NCBI GenBank assembly: GCA_050084515.1
Contig: CM114271.1
Coordinates: 32,922,001 to 32,986,000 of the forward strand
DNA length: 64,000 nucleotides
Direction of reading: 5' to 3'
Origin: Blasia pusilla
Lineage: Eukaryota
The notes under the pieces are model-generated. The model saw only the letters and a program-made list of their open reading frames with translations, ran no database searches and was not told where the DNA came from. This document shows, piece by piece, positions 11,682 through 24,849 of this stretch. Numbering within the stretch: the stretch's first letter is position 1; each line of letters opens with the position of its first letter. The position numbers and the translations under genes are program-made.

Positions 11682-14600
11682 ATGTCGCAGTCTCGAGTTT
11701 CAATAGCGCTGGGGGCTTTCGGCCAGGTAGTTTATCTTTTGAGTGAGCCGCTCTCTGGGCTTATGTAGGAGAATTGATGGGAGGTATCATGTTTCGGAAA
11801 AGATAATTTCGCTCACCACAGTGAGTTAGGAAGGTGACGGATAGCAGGACGCTCGATGTGATTTGAATGTGGCTAAAGTAGTTTGGAAGCATTTGTGTAG
11901 CTCTCATGGTCCGTATTTTTCCATTTCTACGGGAATGCAACCCGCGATGGATGATTGGAGTGAGGTTGTGGCTTCGTGTGGTCAATGACCGTCCACGTGG
12001 AGTACATGTTCAGAAGGGTATATTTTAGAAGTTTCTCAGTTGTTTGTTCTGGTGATCCAGATGCATGGATAGCTTTGTCGAGTTGCTTCTGGCCTCACTA
12101 TAAAGTGGAAAAGGTTTGAATCGAATTCCGAGCTCTAGCAGACTTTTAGCACTCCGTGAGCCTCACGTTTTGTGGGATCGACGCGAACTTATGAACCGCC
12201 TGTCTTTGTAGTTGTTCATTGGTGTGAAGACGCTTATTATGTGCGCGTCTTTTCCTCTGGCTTGAAAGGTTCAAAGGCGTGCAGGTTTTTCTCGCGACAT
12301 GTATTCTGATCAAGTAAACGGAGGAGCAGGAAACAACAGGAAAAGGTCGGTTAGGGATCGGCTGGGAAATTCTGCTGACCAACAAAGCTCCGTGAGTCGC
12401 CCCCAGGTTAACTCGAAACGGTAATTTCTTGGGTTTTCTTCCCTGGCAGTACCGAGTCTTGGCTTTCCTGTTTGACAAGAGAGAAACGATCGGAGTTCTT
12501 TTGCTAAGCTAGAAATTAATTTCAATTTGGGAGACTATTTGTGTTGGTCGTTCTGACAACGACCAATTAGAAAACTCTTCCGTCCCTTATGGATATTTTC
12601 CCTCCGCATAATGAGCTTTGTAATTTCAATCACACTGAAATTTCACATTTCCAAACATTCCCCTGATTCAGCCATCGTACAATATACACACCAGGAAGTT
12701 CACTTTTCAATTTGTTCTCTATCCCATTATTGCCATTTCTTCCTAGCGTTGTAGACTTGTGAAAAGTCACGTCAAAATTAAATGAAAGGGAGTTCATCAG
12801 CTCCTTACCAGATTGTGTGGTAGGGCAACCCTCGGGGGTTTCTGTAGGCTCTGTTGTAAGCTTCTTTGTGGGGTTTTGGTGATTGGCGTCCTTAGTAGTT
12901 CTGATTTTCCGACCAGATTCAAAGCTCTCTGAATAGTTCATGTTAGAGATGTGCAGTGATGTCGTTTTAAGAATGAGTAAAACAATACTACTTGTAGTCT
13001 GCAATTTATCACTACTATGACAGGAGAGGATAGGAAATTTGGTCATTTGTGAAAAAGTTGTTGATTTGGGGAAGCCTGTGTAGACGCTTGTTCTGCACAC
13101 CTTAAGAAGTATCGTTCATGGGTACACAGATCAGTGAGAAAGAAGAGCCATTTAGCATTAGACTTTGCGAGAGTGTACCCAGCTGGCTGCTGCCATTATC
13201 TTCTGGTGTTGCAGAAGTCTGTTACCTCTCTAGTCAGGAGACCAAAGGAAGTGCTCCTTGTGGAAATTTATTTCGGGCGTTTAGGGTAGATGTCCAGCAA
13301 ATGTACATCTAACATACAGCAAATATACATCTACTAATTCCAGATGATGAATTAATCTTCAGTGATAGGATTGCTGGGTTTGTCTCATGTGGATATATAT
13401 ACTTTTCTGTTGATCACCAGACAGCGACTTGAAGCAGCAAAGTGGAAGCATGATCTGTTCGAGGAGAAGGAAGCAGGGGAAATACATCAAACTAGTATCC
13501 TTTGAGATATGAATTAGTTTGAGAAAAACAGCCTGTTGTATCTGAGCTTTACAAGTGTTCCACAGTGGTGTTTTCCTGGCAAGCAGTTTCTGATGTAAAC
13601 TGTCTGAATGATGTGCTGTGGTGCAGAACTATTGTTAAGTTGGCAATGGCTTGCCTTCTTGATAGTGACCAGCATCATGGCCATCACAACAATTAAATGT
13701 CAAAGAGTAAGGCAGGATTTTATGTTTATGACTTTGGTCAAAGTGAGTCATGAGTATTGATCAGGCTGATGACTTCAAATACTGTTTAATCCTAGTGTAT
13801 TTTTTAGGATGGTACACCATTCTGGAACTGTGTTAGACTGCTTAACCTGCTGTAGATGGACGAGATTTGCGGTCAAGGCTTGGTCCTGGGCGTCGGGAGT
13901 TTACTAGAGGACAGGGGGAAATGATTTCTACGGGTGGAGTCAAGGATCTAAGAGAGAAACTTTCGGGTCCTCTACCCCCTCCTCAAGTGGGCCGGGAGGC
14001 TGCTATTCAACGACGACTAGCCTCAGTTGTAAGAGGCTCTTGGGGCATTGCCTCTTCAGCCAATCTCAGGCCAGGAGCATCACGGAACAGTACTATTTCT
14101 CAGAAAGCTCCATTGGTGCAGAAAGCTCCAGTCCTGCAAAAGGTTCAACCTGTGGAGGTAAGGGCATACGTTTTTTTGAGTCTGTGGGATAAGGCTCTGG
14201 AATTTGTCGGGGCTGGAATTTCAATGCTGTTGGTTACAAGGAATGTTGTGTTGGTCCACTGTTCATTGTCATGTAGAGGACTACAATGGGAAGATTTTTT
14301 TTCATCTAAGCTATGCACTCCCCAAAAATAGTTCTGCAGACTACAAGCAGGGTGAGTTCAGGTGTCTGTGAACCGCCTTTCAGAATGCCACTTTTGGGGG
14401 TGCCTAGTGTGGAGACTTCTGCTTTCAGCAGAGTGACTGGGTCGGACTGTCAAAAGTTGAGAATAAAGCCCACATCTCGTCAAGTTTACCCTCACGTGAG
14501 GACAGAACTTGTAAACCCTCGGAATACTTGCCATCGTATGTTTGAAGACCTTCTAAGAGGATCAAACTTCCTGCTTAGAAGAACCTAGGGTGCTACAAAA

Positions 14601-16444
14601 AAGTGGCCCATTTAGGGCTGTTGAAGGAAATGTAGTACAGAAATAGACTATGTAAGTAAGTCTTGTTTCTTCATCCATAAAGATGGGAGATAATTTGCAA
14701 TTAAAATACACTGCGGGATCCACAGGGCTTCACTAGACATTGTTTTGTGTTTCCATTAGCATATCAGTTCAAAAACTCCTTGGTCAATGAATGTCATGGT
14801 CAATTCAGTCAGGAACTGATGTGATCTCCTATAAAATAAAGCATTGTGCTTGTGAAGTATGCTGTAGATGGAATTGAGTCAATGAAGAAGTTGTACTAGA
14901 CCTGAGTGTTGGAGATGGGATCAGGTGGTAAGGCCTGTTTTGCAGCTTTTCATTTTCCATCTTGTTTCAGATTGGAGCAAGAAATGACCTATGAATAAGA
15001 TGTGTAAGCCTTCAAATTCACCAATTCACTAATGTCTACTGCCTCATTGTTAGACGCCCCAATGGTAACTCATTGGGAATACTAAAACTATTGGAGAAAA
15101 CGATTTGTCCCAGCATCATCTGATTGGCCTCAGCAGATTTATACCTTTCCATGTCTCCCCCCTCCCTCACCTTGCTTTGTCAAGGTGAATGGATCATGTC
15201 TGACATTTTAAAGATCTGAACACTACCTTTCCACTGAAGTATGTGTACACTAGCAACAGATTTATGTTAAACTCTGTCAAAGTATCACTGGGAGAGTGTC
15301 TCTTAGAGCAAATTTGAAAGTCCTTTTTTAGTGGGGACTCTGCTCCAAAGACTTTCCTAAAAGATATAAAACTGCTGTGTTGTTAGCATCGCTAACATTT
15401 ACAGCAAGTGGAGTCGTGTGAGTCTTAGAATATACTTTAGAGGCTTGATGAATGCTATTTTTATAAGGAGTATGTTGATTTACACTGTATGTCACTTGTC
15501 ATGTCCGTTGTCTCATTGTCTCTGGGAATGCATGGGTTTCAAGTCAAAGGAAATAAGGAAAGGGGAGGGGATGTCAATTTTAGAGGCTGCTTTTCTAAGA
15601 ATTTTAACTTGGGTTTGGTAGGAGGATTCTGCTCATGGACACATTTCGGTGGTATGAGCTACATAGAGACTGGTTGGTTGCGCAGGTTGATGAGACCACC
15701 ATTGCTGGTCTTCTACAGTCATTGGGCCTGAGCAAGTATCTAATCACGTTCCAAGCTGAAGAGGTGACTCTTAATCCTTGTGAAACCATTGTCTTTTCTT
15801 GTTGTGATCTTCCTTTTTTTTCTGAGAGTGAAATGGAGTCTCATGGGAAAGTGTATGATGAGCTTGAAGTATTACTTACCTTTTTAGTGGCTTGGTTGGA
15901 ATGATGTGCAGGTGGACATGGCTGCGTTACAGCACATGGGTGATGATGATCTGAAGGAGCTTGGTGTGCCGATGGTAATTTTATCCCCCCTCCCTTGTAT
16001 TTAATCTTGATCTTATCTCTTTGTCAAGACCAGGTAGGAATTGTCTTTGGAACTGCTTGTTATTTTAACTAGGTGATGAAAGGAAGGCCCAATGTACAAG
16101 GTGGTCATAGTCTGTATAACTGTTTTATGAAAGTGACAATGGCTGTTGCTAAGATCTTCTAAGTGATCACATTTTGTTTTGTAGTCCTGTAAAGCATTTA
16201 TTAATTTTGGATTGTGTCATAGTTTAGGGAAATAGTGGAAGGTTGTGTATCGTTGTAGACTCTACTGGGATGGTTTCTGGATCGGAATCTCATGAAGCTG
16301 TAAGAGAATGACATGCATCCTCTGCAAATTGTGTGGTTTGTTGCTTGTTTCATTCTTATATGAGTACTAAACTTAGTTCCTGTGTTTGTTTCTGTTCAGG
16401 GGCCTAGAAAGAAGATTCTTCTAGCAATTGGTGGACATACATAG
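11682..16444 (+). CDS. SAM (sterile alpha motif) domain protein. Predicted exons 11682-11726, 12269-12420, 13421-13494, 13856-14157, 15686-15763, 15912-15974, 16400-16444
   Basis: GT-AG introns with compatible phases give MSQSRVSIALGAFGQ-VQRRAGFSRDMYSDQV..KRSVRDRLG..WKHDLF..DLRSRL..KDLREKLSG and a C-terminal SAM domain (TIAGLLQSLGLSKYLITFQAEEVDMAALQHMGDDDLKELGVPMGPRKKILLAI). The first exon is less certain; an alternative start is MYSDQ in exon 2. Confidence 0.88.
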
Positions 16445-17605
16445 GGATGAAAAACGCTGGCTGTGAAATGTAAGAAAGATGGCGTTTTCAATGGGTGTGA
16501 AAAGATGTTTGACCCTTGCAGTTTCTTATCAGAACGAAGCATGGTATCACATTTGAAGTCATACAGTACACCCAATCATCTAAAGCTCTTGATTCTTGGT
16601 TTGCCTTGTATCGTCCCTGTAATCTATTTTGAAAGAAATCTGAGCCGTTGTCAAGGCCACTGTCTGCAGAACCTCATTAAGGCAGTAGAATCGTCAATTA
16701 ACCTGAGCTCAGATGTCACCGCAACGCCGAGATTCATCATGAACTTTGAGACCACCTGGACAGTGTAGATGTTAAAGTTGAGATTCTTCAAGGGTTCTTG
16801 AAGCTATTTCTTGCATCGGGTGTGTCAAAGGCTTGAGGTGGAAGGAGGTGCACACAACTTTTGATGCCCTCCTTATGTGACCAAGCGGCTTTAAGTCAGG
16901 TCCAATCTATGCATAGGCAAATTCATGGTGTATTTAGTGTTTGCCTTGTATCGTTCCTGTAATCTACTCTGAAAGAAATCTATCCTGTTTTCAAGAGACG
17001 TTGTCAGCAGAATCTTGGATAATTTTTGGATATATTTGGGATTTCTACTGCCTGAAGTTTCTGCAATACGAACAAACTCGAGTATCGAGACGCAGCTGTG
17101 CTGTGCACCAGATTTTGGTGTCATGCTTTCAAGTGTTTGGGAGCCAAGAATGAAGTGTGACCTCCGAGAAGTAATGCTGCCTCTTTTTGGTGCAAGTGAG
17201 GTCCTTTCTTCATTTTACCACTTCCAGTGTAGATGCCTCTAAATCTCGAGTCATCTCTTCAAAGTGATATCTGTAACAGAGGCATCTTATGTAAGGAGTG
17301 GAACTCAGGAAATGAGAGTTTCAGGGTTTACAATGTGCAAGATGAAAATTCTTTTTGTGTCTGAGGTCTACAGATATCGGTTTTTCGTTTGAGTTTTTTT
17401 TTACCCACTGGAACGAGGCAGATTTGTGATGAATCTTGGTGCTGTATATTCCACTCTGGCATGTGTGCTTGGAACTTGTGGCATCTGGTGTCACAATACC
17501 GTCTGTTGTAGGAAAGGTCTGTGAAATTGTAACTTGCAATTTGGAGGAGAGGATTTCACTGTGAGTTTGAAATGAACTGCCCTCAAACTTAAGCGAGGAT
17601 TTTAT

Positions 17606-17667
17606 TAGTGAAGTAAAGTGTGGGATATAACCTAGTGAAGTAAAGTGTGGGATATAACCTAGTGAAA
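17606..17667. repeat. 27-bp tandem duplication
   Basis: TAGTGAAGTAAAGTGTGGGATATAACC x2 plus a partial third copy. Confidence 0.9.
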
Positions 17668-18707
17668 CTTCATGTGATCATCGCTGAAGAGATATACTAT
17701 TAAGAGATGGAATACAGAATCCTTCGATCCTGTATACTATTCCGTCTGAATCATGAAACTCGGGGTAGAAACACACTCAAATTTGGAGTCAGGTTATGCA
17801 ACCTTACATTGAGTGCCCGACCACACTTTCTGGTTTTCATCAATTTCCATCTCGCTTGAACAATATGGACGGTGTCTATATTGTTCCAATAGACCTTCGC
17901 CTGGAACATCTCATCCTCGCCAAGATTGACAAGAATACATTGTGTTGTCATGGTAATGTTACTAGCCACGGAAAGTAGCAAGGGGGAGTAGCCGTAGGTC
18001 GAAAGTCCGGTCATATCTTTTCTAGATCTCATCGGAGGTCACTACGATATACTATTCCGGAGGTGACATGTGAAACATCCCTTAACATGAGTGTAGCACA
18101 TGTTGGTGCCTCACGTCGTTTTCTCTTGCGAAAGCGAATCCTCCTTTGGGAGATCTTGTTTGATTCTTCTCTTGTTTTTATGAATGCCATGTGATGAGTT
18201 GTGACGAGAGAGTAAACACACGTTTACTAGGACCTTTCGAAGAATGGTGTTTGTGGGTAATCTGAACAAAAAGGTTACCATGGGATTGCCAATGGAAGTG
18301 CACGCGAGTGATGAAGTTCATTTGGATTTCATACTGAAATGTGAGATCCAAAGTGATCTACATCATATACATTGCAGTTATGTTGACACATTGATTGAAG
18401 GTATTGACCTTCTCACAATTACTATGAAGATTGGCACTAAATTTAACCTAAAACTAAAGCACATTCATATCCAAAGATGTAAAAAATTACTTTTCATCAA
18501 TGAAAGAAAGTCTAGAATCAATATCTTGTGCATTGCATAATTAGACGTGTTTTGCGGTTGTATATTAGCATAGTTGTGAATCATGATCATGTGGGAGTAT
18601 ATGAGGTAGAAAACCTCCTCACATCATGATTATAATTTAGAATTGAAAAAAAGAGGTCGTAGCATGACATATTTTGAATATGGTTGAGGATGGAGACTTT
18701 TATAGCT

Positions 18708-18905
18708 TAACACTAGTGTGCAGCCCGTGCCATGCACGTAAGTGAAAGACTAACCATGTTGTACAAAAACTCAAAATTTTTCTTGACGTCCCTAGTATGG
18801 GAAACATTTTCTTGCTGCCCAATTGCTAGATGTCAAGAAGACAAGTGTTTGCAAATCAAGAAGGCATTCTCCAATAATAATTCACATGAGAATTTTTCGA
18901 GAGAG
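18708..18905 (-). mobile_element. Probable non-autonomous Helitron 3' end (second copy at ~34048-34232)
   Basis: Minus strand reads a CGTGC-ATG-GCACG hairpin, ~9 nt, then CTAG|T. About 190 bp are homologous to 34048-34232. Confidence 0.55.
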
Positions 18906-19143
18906 GAGTGATTGAGATTAGATCTGAGGATGAGAGTACATGAGAGAAATCTAGTGAGGGAATGAATGCTTATAGTGGTCTAATTGAGTGGGGAAATTAG
19001 CAAATGTGTAGGCACTTAGTGATTGATTTATAGTTGTTCTTTGTTGATTATATAATAAATTTAGAGAAATTTGGATATGAGGGTAATCAACAAAAGGGAG
19101 AATTTTTTGGGGGGAAAATTGGGGTCTAATGTGCAAGATTTCA

Positions 19144-19843
19144 TGTCACGTCGTTTATAGTGGAATAACAAGTTCCTATGCGACGTTTTGGTGGAGAGTA
19201 AAGACAAAGTCTAGTAGATCATGGATGACTAGCTAAGAGGTAGGATAACCTACAATAATAGATTTTCCTTTTGTGTAGATACATTCCGAGGTCAAATGAG
19301 GAACTTACCATTTCAAGTAAATTCCCCAATTATATGAGCTTTAACTTTCTGTTTATGGAAGGTGGATCTTGATCCACTATTTTAGGTTTAGGATCAATTG
19401 GTGAATTTGGTGCGGAAATCACCAAGGGGAGGACTTTGAGGAAGACTTTGGTGCATAAGTCACCAAATGGAAAGACTTTGAGCAAGACTTAGTAGAGGAC
19501 CAAAGGGAGGACTTGGGGAGAGAGCTCATTGTTTCCTTCTTGAATCTCTTGAGCATGAGGCGTCGGAGCTATGATCCTATGACACTCCTTGTCTTGTGAA
19601 TAACCCTATCCTCTCACTATGAGAGTGGGTTTGGTTTGACAAGAGAGAAAGAGAGAGTGTGAATGAGAGCCATAGAGCTCTGTGTATTGTGTGATATTTT
19701 TCGTCTATTTTATTGGAGATATTTTGGTTATGGATTGCCTTCATGATGATATTTGGTAGATGATTGAGTGAGGCTAGTATTTTTTTTTTTGGTTGATTAG
19801 TAACAACGATGTACGTTGGGTAGCGATTTATATGCGCACAAAA
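19144..19843 (+). mobile_element. Diverged solo terminal-repeat unit of a related subfamily
   Basis: Starts TGTCACG, shares GAGAGTGGGTTTGGTTTGACA and TATTGGAGATATTTTGGT with the A+B unit, and ends ATATGCGCACAAAA. No clear TSD. Confidence 0.7.
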
Positions 19844-19859
19844 TTTTTTTCAACCAAGT

Positions 19860-20435
19860 AACATGTTGACCGAGTCAGGGGTCACCCGATAACCTATGCA
19901 TGCAAGTTATCGATGGGATGGTTTTTTTTTGGGGGAAGAACCTTTTGGATCTTCCTCCAAGGTTATGAACTTCCTATTAACCCTACGATTGTGTATTGTG
20001 AACAAGGGTACCTTCTTGCAAGGATCTCCAATTTCTTACGTCATATTATTGCACGGCATTGGACTGGGTCTCATAGACTAGGCATTGAGGAAAGACGATG
20101 GCTCAACATTGATAGAAGTGAACGAATTTGTAGGTTATGTGTCTTAGGAAGTATTGAGGATGAAGAACACGTGTTTGTTACATGTTGAAGATATGAAGAG
20201 ATTAGACTAGCTCACAAAATTGATGTGGGGAATTTCTATTCCTTACTACATCTCGTGCCTTATGATTTAGGTGTTATAGTAGGGATATCATTATTCATCG
20301 CTCAAGTGCTCTAGGTATTGGCTAGGATAAGGCGTCTAAGGTCTTTTCCTCTTTCGGTGTATTACTTGTAATGTCTTTTTTAGCCTTTTGACCCTTCGGG
20401 TCCCACGTGTTTGATTTATTTACCATTTACCATTT
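19860..20435 (+). mobile_element. 5'-truncated non-LTR retrotransposon (RTE-X/L1-like ORF2 C-terminus)
   Basis: TGSHRLGIEERRWLNIDRSERICRLCVLGSIEDEEHVFVTC is a post-RT CCHC zinc knuckle. A (TTTACCA)n-like 3' tail lies at ~20418-20435. Confidence 0.7.
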
Positions 20436-20750
20436 ATAAGAGAGGGATAGATGGTTTTCCCAAACCACCTTTCTTAGTTGGGCCTTTGGAGCACCTCTCG
20501 TGCTTGTGTGTGTAGGAACTAGGGTGCCAACGTTCAGATTCCCTAATAGGAAAGGGTGGATGTGGCTTGATATGTTGATGTAGATTCGAGAGTAAAGTTA
20601 GCCGTGTGAGCCAGTTTTACTCTAATTTTTGTTTTGTAGTCTCAATATATATGCAAGAGTTCACTTTTGTATGTGTGTGGATCTACTCGAGTGTTGGGAA
20701 GAACGGTGTTGTGTGGAGTGGATGAAACTAGCGATGTGTATGCGCACAAC
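20436..20750 (+). mobile_element. Partial terminal repeat of another related subfamily (inverted homolog at ~35975-36285)
   Basis: Ends GCGATGTGTATGCGCACAACA like segment B. ATAAGAGAGAGGGATAGATGG...GGGCCTTTGGAGCA...GTGTTGGGAA is shared with the reverse complement of 35975-36285. Confidence 0.65.
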
Positions 20751-21129
20751 AAAACAGATAGTGCCCACGCCAAGGTTGGATGTGGACAAGTGTCCATGGA
20801 AATATCCATGTCAGTGGATTTATGTCCGTCTTATGGAAGGACTTGTCCAAGTAGGCACCATCTTCCCTTTCGTCTCATTTCTCCGACTTGCCTTTGTGTT
20901 CCATACTCTCCCATTTCTTCCTCCCTCCACCTCCACTCCTCCCCCCTTATTGCCCCACTTGCTCTTGCCATGCCTTCCATCATGAACTATAAGTGTGGAT
21001 CCTACCTCTTGCAATCCATGTCCATGGATATGTCCTAACTTTTCCATCCACGTCCTTCTTGGGGCTGGGAGGGACTTTTCCATTTTTGTGCAACCATGGC
21101 CCACGCACTGCCAAACTCTCAACATAGAA

Positions 21130-21320
21130 CTGTTAATAGGTGGTTGCAACCTTACTATGAACTCTTGTCACATGATAAACTATAGTGCACTAGAAGCACC
21201 AAGGGCCATCTAAATGACCCTTGGTGCTTCTAGTGCGTTTAGATGGCCCTTTGTGCTTCTAGTGCGCTATAGTTTATCAAGTGACAAGAGTTCATAGTAA
21301 GGTTGCAACCACCTAAACAG
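21130..21320. repeat. Long inverted repeat (hairpin) with ~80-bp arms
   Basis: TAGGTGGTTGCAACCTTACTATGAACTCTTGTCAC...GCCATCTAAA (21137-21214) is nearly the exact reverse complement of 21238-21315. Confidence 0.95.
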
Positions 21321-21960
21321 ACACCTTTCCAACTCAAACCTCTACAATCCTAAACCTATGACTTCTGCCTAATCCAAAATCAAGGGATGTCCTCTAGAGT
21401 TAAGGAACACGTTGTGTAATCAATACACTGCAGTTGAGGGCCCAACCAAAAAAAGAACATGCTTGTGGTGTTATGTGATGAGGCAAAACCAAGGGTAGCC
21501 AATGCACCTTGAATTGTGGGCCATGTGGGAAACTACTCCATCTGAGATGCTACCAAATGCCATGTGCCGCCCTCACTCATTGTGGCTACCAATCTAAACA
21601 CCTCACTTGGCAATACACCTAATGTCACCAAAATCATGACTAAAAAAAAGGTGCATGGCACACCACCATTTTCGCCTCCAACAACATACTCAATCAAAGC
21701 TCCTCCAAAGATCAAAAAACTCTATACTTGTGAACCTTTTGACAACTTGATGTGCTCAATCATGAGAAACCATAGGCGCTCGACCAACACCCTTTGATGG
21801 GATCCTAACCATCTTAGACATTGTGAGTGACTTGGGTAATCGTGTTTGGAAACCAACCACTCCTCATTGAGGGTCTGACTCCAGAGCAACACCTTGCAAC
21901 TCACATACTCTAGGCGCACCATGGATCTCAATGGTTCACTTGTCCACAATGCCCTTTGAG
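21320..21960 (-). pseudogene. Highly degenerate gag/protease relic related to the DNMT-Gypsy family
   Basis: Minus strand 21420-21320 reads QRVFLNSRGHPLILD*AEVIGLGL, matching QRVLLDSRAQPLMLWKAEFIGLGL at ~50830. Upstream extent uncertain. Confidence 0.5.
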
Positions 21961-23409
21961 GAATTCTAACTCTCTATCAAAAGAGTACTCTCGAACAATA
22001 TTTGCTCTTCCAAGATCGACATGTCTCCGTGGTAGTGATTTCTTTGCATAAATTCTTGTCTACAAAAGTGGGAAAGTACGAATCGCCAATGCGTAAGATG
22101 TGAATAAAAATGCTTTTTGCTTTCATTCAATATAATGGTGAAGTATTAGGTGTATGAGTTCTTCGAGTATAAAAGGAATTAGGACATAAACATTTATGTC
22201 AACTACTTAGTATGTATGTATTTAAAAATAAAAATAAAAATTGCAACAAGTACATATCCCGAAAAGGAAAGAGGACATGTAATACCATATCAAATATGAA
22301 TTATGGTGTCTCACGGTGCTTAAAAAAAGAGGTGCCACTTTTTGTAAGCATCACTTGAGGCTTATTTGATTTGAATCTATATTATATTAAGCAAACCGCA
22401 TTTTAGTTACATGAGAATATAATCACGAGTTAAAATTCATTCACATTTTTTTCAAGCCATTCTAAACTTAGAAAATTTTAAGAGTATTTAAAAAAAATTA
22501 ATCTATATTATTACTGGAGAGTGCCCTTATAGAGGATGTCATGCCTCCTAGTGACACCTGTCTTTTTGGGTCTATAGTTACTTGACACGGGTTGCATTCC
22601 CCTTCGCGATTTCGAAAGATGTCCCACCTACTTGAGAGTTATTTGCCGTTATAAGAGGGCGGATAGGGTTCGGACGCCTTTGACCTGTGCTGCCACGAGC
22701 ACCCGCTATTATGAATCATAAAAGAAAACTCTTATTTTCTACTCGGAAATTAGATTTAATAAATTGAAATTTTGGATAAGTCGCCTTAATCTGGGAGTGG
22801 GAAGGTGTGACTAGTAGCCCTAAAAGGGCAAGGAAGGTGGAGTAATAAGAGCCGGGTCCGATGGGCCGGACGTAGCGAGGACGATTGGGGGTCGCCACTT
22901 TTCTTCGCCCAAAACTTTCAACGGAAACTAAGAATGACCTAGTTTTTTCTCTCGGTTTGTCCGTTAGAAAAATGATTTGCCGCCACCTCTATAAGTGTCC
23001 ATGAGACCCGGCTCTTACTAAAAGGAGTCGAGGCGGTTGAAGACGCAGCCGCAAACCACGGGCGGCACTAGGTGGCCTCAAACCAATCGCTTGGTTGTTT
23101 GTCCCGAAGCAGGGCCTAATGATGTGCGATCCCCGCGCAGTTTCCGCGGAATGCTTGGACAATGAAGTTGTCATGTTTGGAAAGACCGCCAAATGTCGAA
23201 TCCGATCGTTGGGAGCAACGGCTCTGGACTTCCAACTCCTGGAGCAAAACGCAGAATCCGGTTCGGTCATTTGCAACTCTTGAAGAAGAGAAGCATTGAT
23301 GAAGGAACTTTCTCGAGAGAACACATCTGAGGATGTGCCAGTGAAGAATTTGCAGTGACTGACTGGCGTGATCCCTCCCAACGATCCCTAATTCTTTAAT
23401 AATTAGTAA

Positions 23410-24849
23410 CTAGCCCAGTCGTCTGCGCGGAGGAGAACGATTGCGGTCTCGAGGCTTGGAGGGTTTGGGCTTGGAATTCGCGAACGCAATGGCGTCCAGG
23501 CGTTCTTCGGGGTATTGTTCCAGGGGCTCGGGATCCTCGTCGTCTGAATTGTAGACGCTGTTACTGTACATGATGGTGTCCTCGTCCGATTCGATCTCTT
23601 CTCGAGTTGCGTCGGCGTCTTTTGCGTAGCGCGAGAAGAAGGCTCGAGGCGGGTGCTCTTCTGGCTCGTCGTTATCGTCGTATCTGCGGGTAGAGAATGG
23701 AAGGCAATTTGACATCACTCCATCTTCTCGCAACTGCGTCTGCGTCTGCGCCTTGCCCTTACCTTTCTTATTTTGCTTCGCCGTCGGCTCTTGAGGATCC
23801 GTGCCATACTGGTCCTTTTCTAGAAGGAAAGCGAGCAGTCTTCTGAACCATGACTTCTCCGGAGGAACGATCTCGAATTTCTTGTTCCTCCTCCTCCACC
23901 AACAGAGGAGGACCACCACGAGCAAAATAAGGAAGGACCCGCACAATACGCAGATGATAATGATGGCGGTCCTGGATAAGGGACCCTTGGGATCAGGGGC
24001 AACTACATCGCAAGTGAACGACCACGACAGGATGCTGTGGAGTTGATTGACACCGTAGTTCGTTGCGGCGCTGAAACCGATCCACATGTTCTCATCAACA
24101 ACTTTCGATAGGTCGAGAGGAAGGTCCAAAAGTGGACGGGCGGGCCTCGACCTGTTGAACCCGACCTGCACGCGCACTTCTAATCGCGTCTGCGGTGCGG
24201 TGTAGTCGATCCACGCTGTGATGGGCCTCCCATTGTTGAGGTCAATGCCAACTCCGTCAGCACTGACTGCGTATCTGGATATGGGGTCGGCTATGTCTAA
24301 CCCCACGTGATTTGAGTCGATGTCCTCCAATTCGTGATTTTTTAGGGTGTCGAATTCCACGGCGATGGCTGCACGCACCCTCTTCCGATGCGGGAAGAAA
24401 CCGAAATGGCCCAAGGAATCGCCCTTGCCTTTAGGATTTCCCGCCATCACGAACGCAAGACCGTCTCCTGTCATCGATGGATACACGCCTTTCATCGTGA
24501 AGGTGAAGGACGTACTGAAAGAAGCTGTTGTGACCCGATTTCGCAATCGAATTGGCCTATAGTAAAACGCCTTACCCTTCACCTCCGCCTTCAAGTTCTG
24601 CTTCGTGTTCTGGAAAGCATCGGCATCGGGTGTGAGCACCAGACAAGAGTGCCTAACACTCCCGTATTGCCACATAGGATTCGTCAGATTGACGATGGCA
24701 GCCTTGTACCCAAAAATCATACTATGTCTCTCGGCTTCGGTGAATTCTGGAAAACTGAAGGAGAACTGTGTGACAAGAGGGCTCCACGGATAAGCCGCCC
24801 GGACCGAGCACGCCAAACTCCACAACGTCAACAACATGAGACCGTGCAT
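23410..24849 (-). CDS. L-type (legume) lectin receptor-like membrane protein without a kinase domain, single exon
   Basis: Signal peptide MHGLMLLTLWSLACSVRA; lectin motifs ASFSTSFTF, GDGLAFV, IAVEFDT, NHVGLDI, AWIDY, WIGFSAAT, HSILSWSF; TM helix AIIIICVLCGSFLILLVVVLLCWW followed by RRRNKK; acidic low-complexity tail. The ORF is open from 24975, but the first ATG is at 24849. Confidence 0.9.
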   Translation of the reverse strand: MHGLMLLTLWSLACSVRAAYPWSPLVTQFSFSFPEFTEAERHSMIFGYKAAIVNLTNPMWQYGSVRHSCLVLTPDADAFQNTKQNLKAEVKGKAFYYRPIRLRNRVTTASFSTSFTFTMKGVYPSMTGDGLAFVMAGNPKGKGDSLGHFGFFPHRKRVRAAIAVEFDTLKNHELEDIDSNHVGLDIADPISRYAVSADGVGIDLNNGRPITAWIDYTAPQTRLEVRVQVGFNRSRPARPLLDLPLDLSKVVDENMWIGFSAATNYGVNQLHSILSWSFTCDVVAPDPKGPLSRTAIIIICVLCGSFLILLVVVLLCWWRRRNKKFEIVPPEKSWFRRLLAFLLEKDQYGTDPQEPTAKQNKKGKGKAQTQTQLREDGVMSNCLPFSTRRYDDNDEPEEHPPRAFFSRYAKDADATREEIESDEDTIMYSNSVYNSDDEDPEPLEQYPEERLDAIAFANSKPKPSKPRDRNRSPPRRRLG

